From an uncultured Gammaproteobacteria bacterium (GTDB lineage: Bacteria > Patescibacteriota > Patescibacteriia > Magasanikbacterales > JBBTXJ01), in the NCBI GenBank assembly GCA_964636345.1, contig CAZWRL010000002.1:1-52880 (forward strand): a stretch of 52,880 nt of DNA. The letters run 5' to 3'. Positions within the stretch are counted from its first letter, which is position 1, and each line of letters begins with the position of its first letter. Positions 22,618-30,965 of the stretch are shown piece by piece. A program made the position numbers and the translations under genes. The notes under the pieces are model-generated. The model was not told where the DNA came from, did no database searches, and saw only the letters and a program-made list of their open reading frames with translations.

Positions 22618-22646
22618 TTGACGTTGACTAACGCTCTCTTTATACT
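22618..22646 (+). promoter_or_regulatory. sigma70-type promoter of lysS with a leaderless configuration
   Basis: TTGACG (22618-22623), a 17-nt spacer, TATACT (22641-22646), then 6 nt to the ATG at 22653. No Shine-Dalgarno sequence. Confidence 0.65.
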
Positions 22647-22652
22647 ATTGCT

Positions 22653-24158
22653 ATGACTCTCGCTACTGCACACCATCAAAACGAAGCGGCAACACGCCTG
22701 AAAAAACTTCATGCATTACAAGAGCAGGGGATCAATCCCTTCCCTTCCTGGAACGAGGAACGCGTTACCTGTCAAGATTTTTTAAATCGTTTTACACTCC
22801 TACCAGCCGACCATACGGTCACGCTTGCGGGCCGACTCATGAGCATTCGCCTCCAAGGTGGAACGACGTTTGCGCATCTCCAAGATCAATCAGGGAACGT
22901 GCAACTCTTTTTCAAAAAAGATCTTCTGGGTGAACCGTCCTATTATCTCCTCAAAAACGACCTCGATCGCGGTGACATCGTAGCGGTTTCGGGTACGTCC
23001 TTCACTACCAAAAGTGGTGAAAAATCACTCTTGGCACAAACGCTAACCGTCCTTGCAAAAAGCGTCTTGCCGCTCCCGGAAAAATGGGACGGGCTCAAAA
23101 AAACTGAAACCCGTTTTCGCCAACGATACCTTGACATGCTCTCAAACGAAGAGAGTGCTAAACGTTTCTTGGTCAAGAGCGCGCTTATCGCCGCGATTCG
23201 CGAATTCTTTAATGAACGAGGGTACGCGGAAGTGGAAACACCTATCCTTCAGCCGCTTTATGGCGGGGGACTGGCACGGCCTTTTTCAACGAGACATAAT
23301 GCACTCGGCATACCGCTCTATCTTCGCATCTCTCCGGAATTATATCTGAAACGTCTTGTCGTGGGTGGCCTTGAACGCATTTTTGAAATCGGCAGAATGT
23401 TTCGCAATGAAGGCATTGACCACGATCATAATCCGGAATTCACCATGCTTGAAACCATGGCCGCGTATCATGATTATCATTACAACATGGATCTGGTTGA
23501 GGAGTGTTATGAATTCTGCGCGCAAAAAATTTTAGGTACGACGGATATTGTCTACGGCCCGCATACTATTCGCGTGGCACGCCCATGGAAACGCATGACG
23601 ATGGTGGAATCAATTCGTGCAACAACCGGCATTGATGTTATATCATGGAAAACAGCCGCCGAAGCACAGAACGTACTCACTGCCTTGAAGATAGACAAGA
23701 AAAAAATTAAACAGGCGCACACACTCGGTCTCACTATCGCACTTTTATTTGAAGAAAAGGTGGAAGAGACGCTCCTGCAACCCACCATTATTTATGAGCA
23801 TCCCGTTGAGACCTCGCCACTCGCAAAACGGTGCGCGCATAATCCGCATTTCGTGGAACGCTTTGAACATTTTATCTTGGGAAGCGAGCAAGGCAATCAT
23901 TATTCGGAGTTGAATGATCCGGTTGAACTCAAGGAACGTTTTGTGGAAGAGCAGAAAAAAATAAAGAAGGGGAGTGCCATTGAAGACGTGCACCAACCCG
24001 ATAACGATTTTCTTCTGGCCGTGAAACACGGTATGCCACCAACCAGTGGTCTTTCTATCGGTATTGATCGCATGGCCATGCTCTTTACCAACGCGGAACA
24101 TATCAAAGAAGTAATTCCGTTTCCACTCCTCCGGCCGAAACGTTCCGCCTCCGTATGA
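22653..24158 (+). CDS. lysS: lysyl-tRNA synthetase, class II
   Basis: N-terminal OB anticodon-binding domain and class II motifs (FRNEGIDHDHNPEFTMLE; GLSIGIDRMAMLF). Confidence 0.95.
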   Translation: MTLATAHHQNEAATRLKKLHALQEQGINPFPSWNEERVTCQDFLNRFTLLPADHTVTLAGRLMSIRLQGGTTFAHLQDQSGNVQLFFKKDLLGEPSYYLLKNDLDRGDIVAVSGTSFTTKSGEKSLLAQTLTVLAKSVLPLPEKWDGLKKTETRFRQRYLDMLSNEESAKRFLVKSALIAAIREFFNERGYAEVETPILQPLYGGGLARPFSTRHNALGIPLYLRISPELYLKRLVVGGLERIFEIGRMFRNEGIDHDHNPEFTMLETMAAYHDYHYNMDLVEECYEFCAQKILGTTDIVYGPHTIRVARPWKRMTMVESIRATTGIDVISWKTAAEAQNVLTALKIDKKKIKQAHTLGLTIALLFEEKVEETLLQPTIIYEHPVETSPLAKRCAHNPHFVERFEHFILGSEQGNHYSELNDPVELKERFVEEQKKIKKGSAIEDVHQPDNDFLLAVKHGMPPTSGLSIGIDRMAMLFTNAEHIKEVIPFPLLRPKRSASV

Positions 24159-24580
24159 AAACCGTTCTCGTTACCGGCACGTTTGATTTCCTCCACCGCG
24201 GACACCTCTCGTTTCTTACGCAAGCAAAACGATACGGAGACCACCTCACGGTCATCGTCGCGCGCGACAGCACCGTCAAAAAAATAAAAGGACGCGCGTC
24301 CATTCATTATGAAAAAGAACGGCTCGCGCTTGTCAAAAGTATCAGAATCGTGGATCACGCCGTGTTAGGCGATCGCAACGATCCGTATAAAATAATAGCG
24401 CGTCTCCGTCCGCAGGTTATTTGTTTAGGATATGATCAAACACATGCCTTCGCGCGTGGACTTGAAAGTGCGTTGAAACATCGCCATCTCACCACGCGCA
24501 TCGTAACCTTGAAACCCTTCCATCAAAAACGGCTCAAAAGCACACAACGCTCAAAACTTCTCGCGCAGGTAGGCACCTGA
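24155..24580 (+). CDS. cytidylyltransferase-family nucleotidyltransferase (RibL/TagD-like)
   Basis: VLVTGTFDFLHRGHLSFL contains the (H/T)xGH motif; 141 aa; ATGA overlap with lysS. Confidence 0.7.
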   Translation: MKTVLVTGTFDFLHRGHLSFLTQAKRYGDHLTVIVARDSTVKKIKGRASIHYEKERLALVKSIRIVDHAVLGDRNDPYKIIARLRPQVICLGYDQTHAFARGLESALKHRHLTTRIVTLKPFHQKRLKSTQRSKLLAQVGT

Positions 24581-24606
24581 CCACAAAGCGTGATACTATA
24601 ATGTGT

Positions 24607-25845
24607 ATGCTCGACTCATCACTTTTGAGAGAACACCCGGAACTCATTCAAAAAGCCCTCCGCGATCGCGCCATGGATTTTGATATACGCGCGCTCTTAA
24701 CATTAGATGAGGAGCGTCGAACGCTTCTGAAACATTTGGAAGGGCTCCGCGCCGACCGCAACAGCCGTTCAAAAGAAAAACCGAGTCAGGCAGAGATAGC
24801 GCGCCTCAAAAAATTATCCGAAACCATCAAACAAGCGGAAGAAGAACTGACCACCCTTTTGTCATCGTACCATGACGCACTGCTTCGTATTCCAAATATT
24901 CCGGACAAAAGCGTGCCCATAGGGAAGGATGACACGGGCAATAAGGTGTTAAAAAAATGGGGGAAAAAATCAACCCTCAAAAAACCGCGTGAATATTTTG
25001 ATCTCCCATCGGTGCAACCATATTTTGAATTGGATCGCGGCGCGCGCACCTCGGGCGCCAGGTTTTATTACCTCCGCGGTCCGCTGGCTCTCCTTGAACA
25101 CGCGCTCATGCGTTATGCCGTTGACTTTATTACCAAAAAGGGCTTTGAGCTTCTCGTCACACCCATTCTCGTTCAAGAAAGTGCGCTTCTTGGCACCGGC
25201 TATTTTCCCAATGGAAGGCAAGAGGTATACGCCGTGAACCCGGGACAAGACGACCTCTATCTTATTGGTACGTCTGAACAAGCCATCACGGCTTTTCATC
25301 AACAGGAATTATTAGAGGCGGATGATTTACCGCGTCGCTATACCGCGTGCACCCCCTGTTTTAGAAGAGAAGCGGGGGGCTACGGCAAAGATACGCGCGG
25401 CATCTTGCGCGTTCACCAATTCAATAAGGTTGAGATGGTGGTATTTTCTAAACCCGACGATTCATGGAAGATACTCACAGAAATGATTGCTATCTCTCAA
25501 GAGTTTTATCAATCGCTTGGCATACCGTATCAGCTGGTGGCGCTCTGCACCGGCGATCTCGGTTTTCAGTCGGCAAAAACCATTGATATCGAAGGATGGT
25601 TTCCCGGGCAAGGACGCTATCGTGAACTCGGCAGCGCATCAAACACGACGGATTTCCAAGCACGCCGATTAAACATTCGCTTCAAAAATGAGAAGGGAGA
25701 AAAACAGTTCGTTCATACGCTGAATAATACCGTGGTGGCTGATCGCGCGCTCCTCGCCATTCTAGAAAACCAGCAACAAAAAGACGGATCCGTTGTCGTG
25801 CCGACGGTCTTGCAAAAATACACGCGATTCAAAAAAGTGGGATAA
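24607..25845 (+). CDS. serS: seryl-tRNA synthetase
   Basis: N-terminal coiled-coil arm and class II motifs (FRREAGGYGKDTRGILRVHQF; GSASNTTDFQARRL). The MLDSSLL start at 24607 is preferred over the ATG at 24601, which overlaps a TATAAT box. Confidence 0.95.
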   Translation: MLDSSLLREHPELIQKALRDRAMDFDIRALLTLDEERRTLLKHLEGLRADRNSRSKEKPSQAEIARLKKLSETIKQAEEELTTLLSSYHDALLRIPNIPDKSVPIGKDDTGNKVLKKWGKKSTLKKPREYFDLPSVQPYFELDRGARTSGARFYYLRGPLALLEHALMRYAVDFITKKGFELLVTPILVQESALLGTGYFPNGRQEVYAVNPGQDDLYLIGTSEQAITAFHQQELLEADDLPRRYTACTPCFRREAGGYGKDTRGILRVHQFNKVEMVVFSKPDDSWKILTEMIAISQEFYQSLGIPYQLVALCTGDLGFQSAKTIDIEGWFPGQGRYRELGSASNTTDFQARRLNIRFKNEKGEKQFVHTLNNTVVADRALLAILENQQQKDGSVVVPTVLQKYTRFKKVG

Positions 25846-25868
25846 CCGTCACGCACGTGAGTTTCGCT

Positions 25869-26840
25869 ATGCCCATGAATTATCGCGGCTATGCTCATAT
25901 TGAATATCAACAGCGAAAACGCTGGTTTAAACGACGGGGAAGAACTGCCGCGCGGGCGGACGTGAGCTACGCCAACCCTTACAATAGAAAAGAAAAGCGT
26001 GCGGTGCGTCCGATCTTCACCGGCATCGCGCTTTTTATAACCCTGATAATCTGGGCAGCGCTTCTTGTGTTTCATCCGTACTTTACCATTAAACACATCG
26101 CCGTTTCCGGTGTGAGCACCATTCAACCACACGATATACAGCAAACGGTTCGCACCGCGCTTGAACGAAAACAACTCTGGTTTATTCCGCAAAATAATTT
26201 TTTCCTGCTGAAACGCGACCGACTTACCACGGTACTTTTGACGCGTTTTCCGCTTGAACAGGTAATCATTACCACGTCGTTTCCCAACACCGTACATCTT
26301 GAAGTAACCGAGCGTCTTGCCTACGCGATTTATGATGACGGTGCCAAATATGTGTTGATTGACGAAGGCGGCATTCCACAAAAAACACTGCGCCCCGTGG
26401 CAATTCATGAAAAACAAACCGGCACAGGAACCATAGGAGTAGGGGAGGAGGCGCACGTTGTTTCAACCACATGGCATTATCCTGATGTGACCGCGCTTCA
26501 CGCGGTTTATGGGACCTATCCAGTCGTGCACAATCAACAAACCGCGCGCACCAGTTCCTATCTTCTGGACCCCGTTGTGGTGAGGGGAGTACTACAGATT
26601 TATGTATCTCTAAAACAGAATACAGATTTTGCGACACATCACTTTGTTTATCCACCCGATTACCAGACACTCCTCGCAGTAAGCGAAAACGGCCCAACGG
26701 TCTCATTTAATCCTTTTGAAAATTTAGAAAAACAACTGGAAACGTTTAAACACGCCTGGCAACGTGAACTCCGTAAAGAAAAGCGTCGTAAGATACAAAT
26801 CAATGCCCGTTTTCCGGGCCGTGTGTATGTAGAGGAGTAA
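25869..26840 (+). CDS. ftsQ: FtsQ/DivIB-like cell division protein (transmembrane helix plus POTRA)
   Basis: A basic N-terminus, one transmembrane helix, then FTIKHIAVSGVSTIQPHDIQQTV (POTRA-like). The start is uncertain (GTG 25857 or ATG 25869/25875). No ftsA/ftsZ gene follows. Confidence 0.65.
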   Translation: MPMNYRGYAHIEYQQRKRWFKRRGRTAARADVSYANPYNRKEKRAVRPIFTGIALFITLIIWAALLVFHPYFTIKHIAVSGVSTIQPHDIQQTVRTALERKQLWFIPQNNFFLLKRDRLTTVLLTRFPLEQVIITTSFPNTVHLEVTERLAYAIYDDGAKYVLIDEGGIPQKTLRPVAIHEKQTGTGTIGVGEEAHVVSTTWHYPDVTALHAVYGTYPVVHNQQTARTSSYLLDPVVVRGVLQIYVSLKQNTDFATHHFVYPPDYQTLLAVSENGPTVSFNPFENLEKQLETFKHAWQRELRKEKRRKIQINARFPGRVYVEE

Positions 26841-26901
26841 TGTAAGCCATCTAGAAACTTGCGGCATCGTCAATGGGGAAGTAACGCGAGTACTGATACC
26901 C

Positions 26902-26923
26902 GGGTCTTAAAAAGACTCTTTTT
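26902..26923 (+). terminator. Rho-independent terminator after ftsQ
   Basis: GGGTCT-taaaa-AGACTC hairpin (one G-U pair) followed by TTTTT. Confidence 0.55.
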
Positions 26924-27090
26924 ATGGAGACGCACAATATAGGTTATGCGACGCATATAGTGACGTACCTAGCTAGTTAAATACTATAATAGGTGTCCCC
27001 CTAGTAATCGCTTCTCTTTAAAATATTTTTGTTTTGGCATTGTCTATTTCCAAGCGGGAGGGCAGGCGACCTCATGGGACTAAGTGTCGT

Positions 27091-27120
27091 AAAATAAAAT
27101 CCCGATGTAATTCGGGATTT
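27091..27120 (-). terminator. Rho-independent terminator of the orphan minus-strand gene
   Basis: A 9-bp stem, AAATCCCGA (27097-27105) with TCGGGATTT (27112-27120). On the minus strand it is followed by TTTTATTTT. Confidence 0.75.
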
Positions 27121-27123
27121 TCT

Positions 27124-27576
27124 CTACACGCGTACGGCAACCTGCTCGAGCAAAAACGGCATCGCCTCGAGCGAACGAAAGAGCTCTTCATCAAGCATGA
27201 CCACATGGTAATCCACTCGCTCCCCTGCCATACCTTCCACTACACACGCAAGCGGCTCAATAACTTCGCGATGTAGAAATATTGCGGAACGATCGTACAA
27301 CATGCGAAATCGTTCTTCCGCAACAACGGCTAACACCACGAGCACCGGCTCGTGATCAACCACCTCAAGAGTGATCATGTGCGCAAGCGCCGAGACAAAC
27401 GCGCCATACTCATCTTGCGCTACAATACGTTTCACACACGGGAGGTAGGTATCTACGAGTGTTTTCAGGTGACAAACACGATACCGAACCTTGAAAGGAA
27501 TCTCTTCACGACGCAAAAACGAACAATGCACGCGGAGATTAACGACACCCTCAACCCAAGCCGTTTCAGCCGTCAT
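27124..27576 (-). CDS. hypothetical protein (150 aa), orphan accessory gene
   Basis: Clean ORF with SD-like GAGGGGG 8 nt upstream of the ATG at 27576 and its own terminator. No family recognised. The ORF is open to 27606. Confidence 0.5.
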   Translation of the reverse strand: MTAETAWVEGVVNLRVHCSFLRREEIPFKVRYRVCHLKTLVDTYLPCVKRIVAQDEYGAFVSALAHMITLEVVDHEPVLVVLAVVAEERFRMLYDRSAIFLHREVIEPLACVVEGMAGERVDYHVVMLDEELFRSLEAMPFLLEQVAVRV

Positions 27577-27681
27577 TCTTGGACCCCCTCGCATGGCGCG
27601 TCCCACTCGGGATGAGACGCTAACTCATAACGTCAAAGTATACTCTCCCCAATGAGAGATGTCAATGCTACAATACACTAC

Positions 27682-29424
27682 ATGTCCCACATTACCAATC
27701 AGGATGTCGCACGCATTTTTTATGACATTGCCGCAATCTTGGAATTGCAGGATGCTGACCCGTTTCGCGTTCGCGCCTACAACCAAGCGGCCACGGTTAT
27801 TGAGGGACTTATTGAGGATGTAACAGCCATCTATCATGAAGATGGTCTGCGCGGTCTTGAAAATATTCCAAGCGTCGGTAAAGAACTCGCGCTCAAAATT
27901 GAAGAACTCGTCAAAACAAACGACCTTAGATTCTATCGCACGCTTAAGAAAGAAGTGCCGCAAGGATTGCTTGCGATACTTGAAATAGAAGGCATCGGTC
28001 CGCAAAAAACAAAGTTTGTCTGGAAAAAATTTGGTGTTACCACGCTCAAACAACTGGAACACCTCTGTCGTGGACAGAAATTGCAGCAGCAAAAAGGATG
28101 GGGACAAAAAACCGTGGACAATATTCTGCGCGCCATCAAACTCAAGCAAGCGTTCGGGACGCGTAAACCGCTCGGCCTCATTTACCCTATCGCGTTTGGC
28201 ATACAAACCGCGCTTGAAAAAAGCGGCTTTGCGATTCGCGTAGAAATAGCCGGTAGTTTGCGCCGCATGAAAGAAGATGTTGGCGATATTGATATTCTCG
28301 CCACGTCAAAACATCCTCAAAAACTCATCAATGTCTTCACCGCGCTTCCTGAAATTAAAGCGGTCAAAGCAAGGGGCGACACCAAATGCATGGTATTTTT
28401 GCGCGCGGGCATTGATGCTGACTTGCGTGTGGTCTCACCTGATGAGTTGGGCGCGGGTTTGTGTTATTTTACCGGATCGCAACAACATAATGTCCGCGCG
28501 CGCGAGCTGGCCATCAAAAAAGGACTCACCATCAATGAATACGGCATTTTCCGCGGCACGGCAGAACGACACGGCGCACGTGTTGCCGCGCGCACAGAGG
28601 CAGCTGTCTTTCGCGCGCTCGGTCTCCCCTATATTCCACCGGAATTACGTGAGGATCGCGGTGAATTTGACGCTGCAAAAACACGCACACTCCCCCACCT
28701 CATTGAATATACGGATCTGCAAGGCGATCTTCACGCGCACACAAGTTGGTCTGGCGACGGACACAACACACCGCTTGAAATGATTCGCGCCGCAAAAGCA
28801 AAGGGGCTCAAATACATTGCGATCACCGATCACTCCTCCCCTCTTGGAATGTTAAAAGGCATTAAAACACACAACATTAAAAAATATATTAATGACATAC
28901 GAAGTGCGGCGGCCAAAGTGAAAGGAATCCGCGTCCTTATAGGAGCTGAAGTTGACATCCTCCCTGACGGCAGACCCTACTTGCCTGACGGGACGCTCAA
29001 ACAGCTGGATTGGGTGGTTGCGTCAGTGCATACGGCATTCAGACAGTCCCAAGAAGTAATGACAAAACGCGTGATCCGCGCCATTCAAAACCCGTACGTC
29101 TCTGCCATTGGCCACCTCACGGCGCGTATTTTGGGTCGGCGTGAACCAACAGGAGTGGATGTACACGAGGTGTTTGCGGCCGCAAAAAAATATGGCACCG
29201 CGATGGAAATCAACGCCTCCTGGTATCGCCTTGATTTGAATGACGTGCATTGTCGCGCGGCAAAAGAAGCGGGCGTAAAATTAGTAATGAGTACGGATTC
29301 GCATGACGTGGATAATTTTGATTTTACCTTTGGTGTTGGTACCGCGCGGCGTGGATGGATTGAAAAAAAGAATGTGCTGAACACGTTGCCATTTGGAAAA
29401 TTTGTAAAGGCAATTAAAAAATAG
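27682..29424 (+). CDS. polX: DNA polymerase X family protein with C-terminal PHP phosphoesterase domain
   Basis: N-terminal HhH region (IFYDIAAILELQDADPFRVRAYNQAA), GSLRRMKEDVGDIDIL nucleotidyltransferase motif, and PHP motifs (GDLHAHTSWSGDG; ITDHS). An alternative ATG exists at 27652. Both starts abut -10-like boxes. Confidence 0.9.
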   Translation: MSHITNQDVARIFYDIAAILELQDADPFRVRAYNQAATVIEGLIEDVTAIYHEDGLRGLENIPSVGKELALKIEELVKTNDLRFYRTLKKEVPQGLLAILEIEGIGPQKTKFVWKKFGVTTLKQLEHLCRGQKLQQQKGWGQKTVDNILRAIKLKQAFGTRKPLGLIYPIAFGIQTALEKSGFAIRVEIAGSLRRMKEDVGDIDILATSKHPQKLINVFTALPEIKAVKARGDTKCMVFLRAGIDADLRVVSPDELGAGLCYFTGSQQHNVRARELAIKKGLTINEYGIFRGTAERHGARVAARTEAAVFRALGLPYIPPELREDRGEFDAAKTRTLPHLIEYTDLQGDLHAHTSWSGDGHNTPLEMIRAAKAKGLKYIAITDHSSPLGMLKGIKTHNIKKYINDIRSAAAKVKGIRVLIGAEVDILPDGRPYLPDGTLKQLDWVVASVHTAFRQSQEVMTKRVIRAIQNPYVSAIGHLTARILGRREPTGVDVHEVFAAAKKYGTAMEINASWYRLDLNDVHCRAAKEAGVKLVMSTDSHDVDNFDFTFGVGTARRGWIEKKNVLNTLPFGKFVKAIKK

Positions 29425-29482
29425 TTATTTTTGCTTTCGCAAAAATAACAAAACGCCCCGTCCCGATAAATCGGGACGGGGC
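29424..29482. terminator. tandem hairpins forming a bidirectional terminator region between polX and the high-GC island
   Basis: An 11-bp AT-rich stem (29424-29449) and a 12-bp stem, GCCCCGTCCCGA-taaa-TCGGGACGGGGC (29455-29482). On the minus strand each is followed by a T-rich run. Confidence 0.75.
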
Positions 29483-29488
29483 TGAACT

Positions 29489-29947
29489 TCAGATCCGGTA
29501 CTGCGGAGCCGGCGTTTCGTGCCAGGGACGAAACTCGCCCATGGCCATCACCATGACTCGCCGATCCAGCTCACGCGCGAACGCGCGAGCGCTACGACGA
29601 TACTTTCCGCGCCACAGATCCTCACGCACCCACGAGCGCCGCACGTGCCGCTGCCACTTCCAGGAGGCGAACGGGACACGAGAGACACGCTCCGATTCTT
29701 CCCAGGCGATCTTCCTGAAGCTTCGCCGCTCGATGTCCTCCTGGATCATCTCAAGCTCAACTTCACGCGCTTCCAGAGCGGCGTCCCCCCGCTCCGCTGC
29801 CGACTCCCACATCCGATCCTCCGGCTCTTCGTCCAGGTCCAACAATGACAGAGCGGTATCGCCATCCGCCTCCAGTTCGTCTGGGTAGTCCTCCTCGGCA
29901 TCGCGGTCCGAGAAGAGGTCATCTTCCAGATCTTGCGCCCACGGCAT
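29489..29947 (-). CDS. hypothetical protein, island ORF B (152 aa; strongly acidic N-terminal half, Trp/Arg-rich basic C-terminal half)
   Basis: ATG at 29947 preceded by AAGGAGG (8-nt spacer). High G+C. No family recognised. The ORF-track extension to 30019 runs through an intergenic hairpin. Confidence 0.55.
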   Translation of the reverse strand: MPWAQDLEDDLFSDRDAEEDYPDELEADGDTALSLLDLDEEPEDRMWESAAERGDAALEAREVELEMIQEDIERRSFRKIAWEESERVSRVPFASWKWQRHVRRSWVREDLWRGKYRRSARAFARELDRRVMVMAMGEFRPWHETPAPQYRI

Positions 29948-29980
29948 AAACCGTGCCTCCTTGTTGTGGAAGAGAAAGGC

Positions 29981-30030
29981 CCGGCGTCCCACGTGTGTCC
30001 CGACAAGTCGGGATGACATGGGAACGCCGG
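29981..30030 (-). other. structured intergenic element between island ORFs A and B
   Basis: Outer stem CCGGCGTCCCA/TGGGAACGCCGG encloses the palindrome TCCCGAC-aa-GTCGGGA (29998-30013). Confidence 0.6.
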
Positions 30031-30040
30031 GCCGGTTCGA

Positions 30041-30859
30041 CTAGAAGAGCTCGAGGTCCCAGCGCTGCTTCTCGGCGCGGAACTTGCCCGGGATCACCCG
30101 GACGCGCATCCCCACGGTGTTGCCGTGGAGGAAGGCCAGGGCCGCGTTGCGCGAGCCCATGCCGCGGACCGTGTCCACGTGCACCAAGCCGACGTCGCGG
30201 CCGCTCTGCACGAAGATCCCGTAGTCCGCGTGGCGGACCACGGTCCCCTCGACCGTCTTGGCCAGGCGCTCCGCGCGCTGGCCGACGGCCGCCACGAGGT
30301 TCCGTCCGAAGTTCCGGCTGCAGTCCTCCACCCGCCGCCGCCAGGCCCGCCTAGGCGCCCCGTTCTGGTGCCACTCCTGGGGCGCGACCATGAACTGGCC
30401 GTCCTTGAAGACCATCACCGCCCGCGGGTTGGCGTCCTCGTCGTCGGGGTAGTCGTCCCCGTCCTCGTCGTCGTCCTCGCGGTACTCGATGCCCGCCGCC
30501 GCGAGCTCCTGCCGGACGAACGCCCGGGCCGCCATCTCGCCGTCCTCGTCGGACTGCGGGAGGGACGCGGGGTCCGCGAACTCCTCGCCGAACGCCTCGA
30601 GGGCCTCCAGCGAGATCTCGCGGGGGCGGCGGGCATCGACCGCGAGGTCGCACTCCTCCGACCGCGCCTTGTCGGCGCCGCCATGCGCCTGCGCGGCCTC
30701 GTCCCCGTCCTCCTCGGAGTCCGAGGTCAGCTTGAATCCGGCCCAGCCTGGCCCGAGGGCGATGAACGCCCGCCGCCGCGCCTCGCGCGGCGAGAAGCCC
30801 ATGTCGAACACCGGCCCCGTGGCCAACTTCCGATCCGTGGAACGCAGGGACGTACTCAT
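30041..30859 (-). CDS. hypothetical protein, island ORF A (272 aa) with acidic low-complexity centre and C-terminal S1/OB-fold-like domain
   Basis: ATG at 30859 preceded by GGAGGG (5-nt spacer). Codon third positions are almost all G/C. The C-terminus VEGTVVRHADYGIFVQSGRDVGLVHVDTV resembles S1 RNA-binding domains. An EDDDEDGDDYPDDEDANP run is present. Confidence 0.6.
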   Translation of the reverse strand: MSTSLRSTDRKLATGPVFDMGFSPREARRRAFIALGPGWAGFKLTSDSEEDGDEAAQAHGGADKARSEECDLAVDARRPREISLEALEAFGEEFADPASLPQSDEDGEMAARAFVRQELAAAGIEYREDDDEDGDDYPDDEDANPRAVMVFKDGQFMVAPQEWHQNGAPRRAWRRRVEDCSRNFGRNLVAAVGQRAERLAKTVEGTVVRHADYGIFVQSGRDVGLVHVDTVRGMGSRNAALAFLHGNTVGMRVRVIPGKFRAEKQRWDLELF

Positions 30860-30965
30860 GATTGCCCTCCAAGGCAATTGGGCCCGTGTTTATCACGGGC
30901 CACAGTTATGGGTAAAAAGACCATTTCACAAGGCAGGGACTTGCCCCCCACTTTGTGAAGAAAAC

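Noticed and set aside
24601-24606. Upstream ATG (24601) as the serS start
   Set aside because: It lies inside the TATAAT box (24597-24602). The MLDSSLL start at 24607 matches SerRS N-termini. The difference is only two codons.
27034-27276. 80-aa plus-strand ORF (TTG start) in the ftsQ-polX accessory slot, and a 7-codon ORF (ATG at 27074) preceded by GGGAGGG
   Set aside because: The 80-aa ORF crosses the bidirectional terminator hairpin and is antisense to the better-supported minus-strand gene. The 7-codon ORF is too short to support without conservation data.
29948-30019. N-terminal extension of island ORF B (MSSRLVGTHVGRRAFLFHNKEARF)
   Set aside because: The extension is a translation of the intergenic hairpin that contains the TCCCGAC palindrome. 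The internal ATG at 29947 has a perfect AAGGAGG SD.
30125-30958. Long ORFs inside the high-GC island: plus strand 30125-30958 (277 aa), 29953-30354 and 30489-31019; alternative minus-strand frames 30351-30896 and 30415-30684
   Set aside because: They are stop-codon-poor artefacts of roughly 67% GC DNA, with Arg/Pro/Gly-rich low-complexity translations. They lack start context. The chosen frame (30041-30859) has near-complete GC3 bias, an SD and an S1-like domain.
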